A stretch of DNA of 63,007 bases, the filler included, from Licmophora abbreviata (lineage: Eukaryota): NCBI GenBank assembly GCA_900291995.1. It is 10 parts of 10 records of this genome, joined end to end, with 100 filler letters (N's around TTAATTAATTAA, not from the genome) between each part and the next. Parts side by side here need not be neighbours in the genome. Positions count along the whole stretch, not along the records: positions 56,608 to 60,292 come from OLMU01002145.1; positions 60,393 to 63,007 come from OLMU01002147.1; 8 more parts are not named here. One strand, 5' to 3'. A program made the position numbers and the translations under genes. Shown here in pieces: positions 56,945 through 63,007 of this stretch. The notes under the pieces were generated by a model, which was not told the origin of the DNA, made no database searches, and saw nothing but the letters and a program-made list of their open reading frames with translations. Numbering within the stretch: the first letter of the stretch is position 1; each line of letters starts with the position of its first letter.

Positions 56945-58668
56945 ATGTCGCCATTTACAATACGATACTGGACTATTTCGCTGCTGCTACTGCTACAGCA
57001 AGTCCATCACACACATTCCCAACAATATTCTCGATTTCGGGACGTCTTTCCGGTTGTTCCTGGTGTTAACGATTTATTAGAAGACGACGGAGATGATGGG
57101 GGCGACGAAGGCACGCAGCCACCCTCGAGCGGATCTGTTGGTACGTATCCGTAACCGTTGAGTCATGGGCGCGCCGCGTTCTCAACTCACCGGAGCTCCT
57201 TCTTGCGCGTCTCGTCAGTATACGGCTTGCAGCCATCCTGTAATTCCCAAGACCTCTCTGGATTTAACCTGTGCTTAGACTTGCGATCTTCCAGAGGCGA
57301 GAAACAGCCGTGGATGGACATTCTATTCGAGGCCAAATCCAAATGGGAAGTGGTCATTACGGGAGATCTTCCCGCTGTATCGAGTGCGGATCTGCCTGTT
57401 GATAGTGACCGTGTGTGCACACAGTACCCACCCGTGATTGACGATCTCTATATCTGTGCCAGTGACGCCATTATCGATGGACCTGGAACAATCTTGGGCG
57501 GAGCTTTGCCAGTGACGGGTCGACAGCTTGGGAAAACGAATCCCAACACTGGACTACCCTATCTTGTGCCACTGACTGGACTCATGATTTTCGATGTCGC
57601 TGATATCGAGAATTTGATTAGAGAGAGGCGATTCTTTGAGGTTTTGAAGCATGAGATTGTACGAATGTGTTGTTTGAGTGTATACCTGTAAATCTTGTTT
57701 GCTACGCGGTTGATTGATGACGTTCTCACGAACATCTACTCGTCTTCTCTCTCTCCTTTTGCGTTCCTGCACTCGTGTTCAGGGGCATGGTGAGTGTACA
57801 TGTATGAATAGTGTGAATGTTTTGAGTTGCTGGACTTTCCTCATGTGTCCGTGAATAATGTGCTCTCACACTTTTTTCTCTACCATTTCGACTTCAGTCG
57901 TTGGACTTGGATCCCTATGGGTCGACAATGGGTTGCACCAAGCAGGCTCCGCGTTTTATGCTGCAGGTACGCATGCGCATGATGAATGGCTGAGTATCGG
58001 ATGCACTGGTCGCATTCCTGTGGAAACTGACGGAGGACAAGGGACGGCCGGGTCACACTGGGATGAAAGTAAGTGACCTCTATTTTGTGCTGAGCTTATT
58101 GCTTCGCCGATCAACACTAACTTATTTCTTCTTGACAGCTTGTTTGAATCACGAGATAATGACAGGGTTTATCAGCGGAGTGGAGCAGCCCTTCAGTAGG
58201 ATCACTATCGGGAGCCTGGAAGATGTAAGTGTGTATGTGCTATTGCTCCTTGTCATGGCTGCGCTTCCGCCTGTCTGACGTTTGGCGGTCCACGCTCTCC
58301 TACCACAGCTGGGGTATGAAGTGGATTACTCAAGGGCCGACCCCTTTAGCACTGGTGACTTGAGAAGTTGCGGAGGAGTTTGTCGAGGAGTTCGGAACCT
58401 CCGAGTGACTAATATGGGCGATAAGGGGGAACCGAAACTTCCGGTGAAGCGACGGCTGACGGATAAAGATTTCAGCAACATTCGACAGTATGCCAAGAAG
58501 GAGTTGTCACGGTTGCGTGAAAATACAGGTCGTAGAGGGACAACTGCGGAACTACCCGAAGGAGTCGTCGATCTAGGAGGGGAATCGATGGATGTGTTCT
58601 ACCAGGACGGCTCAGGGGTCCTGCATGTCGTCGGAGTCTCATGGGAGGATGCAGTATATGAGCCGTAA
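56945..58668 (+). CDS. Secreted leishmanolysin/GP63-like (M8-type) zinc metalloprotease; exons 56945-57140, 57219-57658, 57783-57789, 57898-58068, 58139-58224, 58309-58668
   Basis: Signal peptide; 'IDGPG.ILG.A', spliced HEIGHVVGLG, 'ETDGG.GTAGSHWDE', 'EIMTG', 'SRITIGSLEDLGY.VD'. Confidence 0.88.
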
Positions 58669-58902
58669 GACACCGGCCGGCTGCCGATTTCGCCAAAGTC
58701 ATTGACGTAGCTCAAACCCAATGGGGAGATGATGGCGTCGCATCCCGTCGCAACAACGCCGAGGCTGGTATCCAAGTTGAGTCCTGCGACGTCGATAGGT
58801 ACTAAAATAGCATAACTAGAGTTGTGTGTTGCTACATTCCAATCTCCCGATGCACGTCTAGCTTACTAGGTAATATGTCCTATCAGAAGGCTCGACCCCG
58901 CG

Positions 58903-60180
58903 CTAAACTGAATCTTCGATCAGCTCTTCTGGCTCTTCGTCCAGGTAAGGTTCCAGCGACCGGCACGTAGCTGACTCCTTCAACTTTTCCAATGCTCGAA
59001 CTTCCATTTGGCGGACTTGCGTCTTGGATAGGCCCAACTTATCAGCAATTTTCTGATAGCTCAATCCTGTTGACGGTGACGTATTCCTGCGATCCAGTCC
59101 ATATCGCATCCGAATGATTTTCGCCTCTGCGCCCGTCAATGTTCTGACAAGAAATTCTTCGACATCCTTTTGCATGAGTGTCTGCGAAACCTCCTCGTCA
59201 GGATCGCTGGTGAAATCGGGAATGGCGTCCTTCAGAGGTCCAGCGATCTGTTCTTGGTGTACCCACATTTCGTCGTCACCCTCTTCGGATGCATCTTGGC
59301 CTTCCAACAAACTCTCCTCGACATGATTTTCTGATTCCCACCGGTCTTGATCAGCAAACGTTGCCTTCCCATCCAGTAGGGGATCGTAAATCTCCACGGT
59401 CTGTTCCACTGACAGAGTGCCCCCACTGACCAAATGGTAGAGTTCCAACCGGTGGGCGGGCACGTCGAGTTTCTCCGCCACTTCAGCAATTGTCGGTTCT
59501 CGTCCATTGTTGTTTTCCATGTATGTGTGACGCACTTTACGGGCATGCTGTAGCAGGGACTGGACTTTCCGAGGAATCTGGATGGGCCGCGAGTCACGTG
59601 CCAGCGAGAGTCGCATCTTGTCTGCAATGTACTGACGAGTGTACTGTTCGAACGACTGCTGCGTATCGGTGTCGACATGATCCTGATAGTGGGTCATGGC
59701 ATAGAGCAACGCGACGACTCCGTCTTGGACTAAATCGGAATAGGATGACGCACTGCTGTCCCGGACAAGTGCTTCGCTGCTGGAAGTGGTGGAAGACGTC
59801 GCTGTAGTATCTAGTGTTTCGAGCATGTGTGTGGCGATCTCATCGACCCACCGCAATCCAGCACGTGTCGAAAAGGGAAATTTCTCCTGTTCGTTCTTAT
59901 CATGCAGTCGATGCTCGTGATCCCACTCCCAGATGCTAGTCGCTAAATCTCCACGAATGTGTCCCTTGCCATCGTCGATAAAATTGTTCTTTCGAATGCC
60001 GAAAGATTCTGAATCTTGTTTGCTCTCTCTTGCCAGAAGCAAAGACGATTCGTGAGACACACGTGTTCGGATTGGGATCAAGGGCTTTTGTAGAACCCAT
60101 GAGTGTCCTGTGGGCAACAAAAGGCCCAAAAACCAGCAAGAAATGGGCATTCTTAGTTGGACTCGTAGTATCTTCATCAT
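58903..60180 (-). CDS. Nucleus-encoded plastid RNA polymerase sigma-70 factor
   Basis: 'YSDLVQDG..AL' (region 2), 'RPIQIP', 'GREPT.AEVA..L' (region 3), 'IIRMRYGL...IADKLGLSKTQVRQME.RALEKL' (region 4); signal peptide ending HS-W. Confidence 0.88.
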   Translation of the reverse strand: MMKILRVQLRMPISCWFLGLLLPTGHSWVLQKPLIPIRTRVSHESSLLLARESKQDSESFGIRKNNFIDDGKGHIRGDLATSIWEWDHEHRLHDKNEQEKFPFSTRAGLRWVDEIATHMLETLDTTATSSTTSSSEALVRDSSASSYSDLVQDGVVALLYAMTHYQDHVDTDTQQSFEQYTRQYIADKMRLSLARDSRPIQIPRKVQSLLQHARKVRHTYMENNNGREPTIAEVAEKLDVPAHRLELYHLVSGGTLSVEQTVEIYDPLLDGKATFADQDRWESENHVEESLLEGQDASEEGDDEMWVHQEQIAGPLKDAIPDFTSDPDEEVSQTLMQKDVEEFLVRTLTGAEAKIIRMRYGLDRRNTSPSTGLSYQKIADKLGLSKTQVRQMEVRALEKLKESATCRSLEPYLDEEPEELIEDSV

Positions 60181-60530
60181 GGTCAAGAACTCGAGGCGAT
60201 TGTTATTTCGTCGTCTCGCGGATCGTGCGCGTTCATCTTCAACCAAATTTGCAAATTTGAAATTTGGCTGTCGCGCGCGCCATCCCAAATCGNNNNNNNN
60301 NNNNNNNNNNNNNNNNNNNNNNNNNNNNNNNNNNNNTTAATTAATTAANNNNNNNNNNNNNNNNNNNNNNNNNNNNNNNNNNNNNNNNNNNNCATTCATC
60401 AACACACAAGAATGGTGATGCTGCGACGGGTTGAATCGAATCAGAATCAAATTGAAAATATTATATCCTGGACCGTCTCTTGAACTACTACGAGTAATTT
60501 ACTAGAAATCAGAGGTCTTCTTTCCTCACC

Positions 60531-62901
60531 ATGACTGGAATGAGTGGGCGCGGATCGATAGTCACAGTGGCAGCGTGCAATTTAAACCAGTGGGCACTGG
60601 ACTTTGACGGCAATTTAGAACGTGTGTGGCAGTCTTGCGTCGAAGCCAAGAAGCAGGGAGCTTCGTATCGACTCGGGCCTGAATTGGAGCTATGTGGCTA
60701 CGGATGCGAAGATCACTTCCTTGAAGCGGACACCTTTGCGCATTGTTGGGAATCGCTCGCTACTTTGATACAACGAGGAGCTACGGACGACCTCCTCTGT
60801 GATTTCGGAATGCCACTTTTGCATGGAGGTATTCGCTACAACTGCCGTGTCATCTGCCACAATCGTGAGATTCTGCTCGTCAGACCTAAGCTGGCCCTCG
60901 CTGATGCTGGGAACTATCGAGAATCTCGATATTTTACCGCCTATCGACCATCTTCGGTCAATGAGATTATCTTGCTCCCGACAGAGTTTGCTTCCAAATT
61001 TGGACAGTCTGAAGCGCCCTTTGGAATCCAGTTTCTACAAGCCAGCGACGGAACTTCCATTGGATGTGAATCATGTGAAGAATTGTGGACGCCACAGAGT
61101 ACGCACATTGAAATGGCCCTGCAAGGAGTCGACATCCTCGGGAACGGCTCCGGATCGCACCACGAACTACGCAAACTCCACACCAGACTTGATCTTATGA
61201 TCAGTGCCACTCGCAAATGTGGCGGTGTCTATCTGTACTCCAACCAGCGAGGATGTGATGGAGGCCGAACTTACTTTGATGGATGTTCCATGATTGTCTG
61301 TAACGGAGAGATTCTCGCACAAGCGGAGCAGTTTGATGTCAGGAGCGTCCAAGTCGTTTCTGCCACAATTGATTTGGACGATGTGCGTTCCTATCGAGCC
61401 GCGCTTCCTTCCTTTGGAATACAAGCGGCTCATCACTCTGTAAAGAGTCCTCGAGTATGTGTGCCCTGCCCGGAACTAAAACTAGTCCAGGCGGAGATGC
61501 CCATGGTCACTCCAACTATCCCGACAACTCTGCGCTTTCATTCGCCCGAGGAGGAATGCTGTCTGGGGCCTGCTTGCTGGCTGTGGGACTATCTTCGACG
61601 CTCAGGAGCCACCGGATTTTTTCTCCCTTTGAGTGGTACGTTGACAAGTCGAAAATATGGGAGCATCACGTGTTGTGTCCGTTTCTGATTGAGATCAATC
61701 TCACCATTCTTTGCATGCCCTTTATAGGCGGAGCGGACTCGTCCTCGGTCGCGACGATTGTCGGTGCCATGTGTCAAATAGTCACCAAGGCGGCACAAGC
61801 AGAGCCAGATGGAGAAGTTGCTCAAGATTGTCGCCGTGTGTGTCGAATGGAGTCGTCGTCGTCGTCTGCATCGTGGGTTCCGTCGAGCCCTCAGGAAATG
61901 GCGAGCTTTGTTCTCCATACGACGTTCATGGGAACCGAGAACTCGTCCGAAAAGACAGATTCGCGCGCCAGGCGCCTTAGCATAGCCATCGGTTCATATC
62001 ATCTCTCTATCAAGATTGACCTTGCGGTCTCAGCCATTCTTAAGATTTTCACCCAGACGACTGGCAAGAACCCGCAATTTTCATCTCGTGGGGGTACCAT
62101 GACAGAAGACCTGGCGCTCCAGAACATCCAAGCACGTCTTCGTATGGTCATGGCCTATCTTTACGCGCAGCTACTCCCATGGGTACGCGGGCGATCGGGC
62201 TTTCTTCTTGTGCTCGGCAGTGCCAATGTTGACGAGGGACTTCGTGGATACATGACCAAGTATGACTGTTCGTCCGCAGATCTCAATCCCATTGGCGCCA
62301 TTTCCAAACAAGATCTCAAGCGCATGCTTCTCTGGGCGGCCGACGAGTACGACTTTCAAATTCTGAAGGAGATTGCGAGAGCTCCCCCTACTGCGGAGCT
62401 ACGTCCCAAAGCGGGCGGCGATAACTCCGAGGCGGAGCATTCACAGCTCGACGAAGAGGAGATGGGCATGACTTACGAGGAGCTCGGGTTCTTTGGGAAG
62501 CTTCGAAAGATGTCGAGATATGGACCCGTTAGCATGTAAGTGACAGTTGCTTGGTGAGCATGTGGTTTGTTATCTTGTGCCGTATCGTGGAGCTCATGCG
62601 CTCTTATGATTCACTTGTCTCGTGCCCACCAAGGTTCCGCAAGTTGCGAGTGACTTGGAGCCATCTTCCTCCAACTGACGTGGCGGCAAAAGTGAAGCGC
62701 TTCTTCTACTATTACTCTGTCAATCGTCACAAGATGTGTACGATTACACCTGCCTATCATGCTGAGGCTTATTCACCTGACGACAATCGGTTTGATCTCC
62801 GTCAGTTCCTCTATAATGTTCAATGGCCGCGTCAGTTTTCTGTTATAGACAGTTTAGCGGAATCCAGCGAAAGCGAAACGAATACAACTAAGGAAGACTA
62901 A
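60531..62901 (+). CDS. QNS1: Glutamine-dependent NAD+ synthetase; introns 61636-61727, 62536-62633
   Basis: 'NQWALDF.GN', '[14 protein letters not shown]', 'CEELW', 'LPLSGGADS', 'QNIQARLRM', '[11 protein letters not shown]', '[11 protein letters not shown]'. Confidence 0.96.
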
Positions 62902-62919
62902 CAATAGAAGCTTCGACAT

Positions 62920-63007
62920 AAGTTGCGAGTGACTTGGAGGCATCTTCCTCCAACTGACGTCGCGGCAAAAGTGAAGCGCTTCTTCTACTATTACTCTGTC
63001 AATCGTC
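62920..63007 (+). repeat. Second copy of the start of the last NAD synthetase exon (62641-62728), running off the window end
   Basis: 88 nt match with 2 mismatches, offset 279 nt. Confidence 0.9.

Noticed and set aside
58903..60180. Sigma-70 and thrA-like genes as bacterial contamination or recent HGT
   Set aside because: The sigma factor has a plastid-type presequence and shares a contig with an intron-rich gene; both families are normal in algal nuclei.

Overview
Gene-dense eukaryotic nuclear DNA, most likely a diatom (inferred from short GT-AG introns, bipartite signal+F/W plastid-targeting presequences, a nucleus-encoded sigma-70, and diatom-type LRR, SET and silaffin-like proteins). It is a scaffold of 10 contig pieces joined by nine artificial 100-nt N-linkers (N44-TTAATTAATTAA-N44). 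About 28 protein genes are present, mostly housekeeping (dymeclin, CDPK-like kinase, HSF, AK-HSDH, isocitrate lyase, poly(A) polymerase, MRPL24, ECM29, TOM40, METTL18, NAD synthetase). The standout is a circularly permuted tRNA-Cys(GCA) gene at 15291-15372: the 3' half (nt 38-73) lies upstream of the 5' half (nt 1-37), with an upstream TATA-like element, a T6 Pol III terminator and leader/trailer pairing that resembles a bulge-helix-bulge splice site. Other notable items are a predicted ER-resident protein with two SET domains and three 2OG-dioxygenase-like repeats (candidate silaffin lysine methylase/hydroxylase), a membrane-anchored silaffin-like protein, a 7-nt microexon supplying a zinc ligand of a leishmanolysin-like protease, two enzyme fusions and a candidate structured ncRNA beside the tRNA. 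All calls come from reading the sequence by eye; no searches were run.
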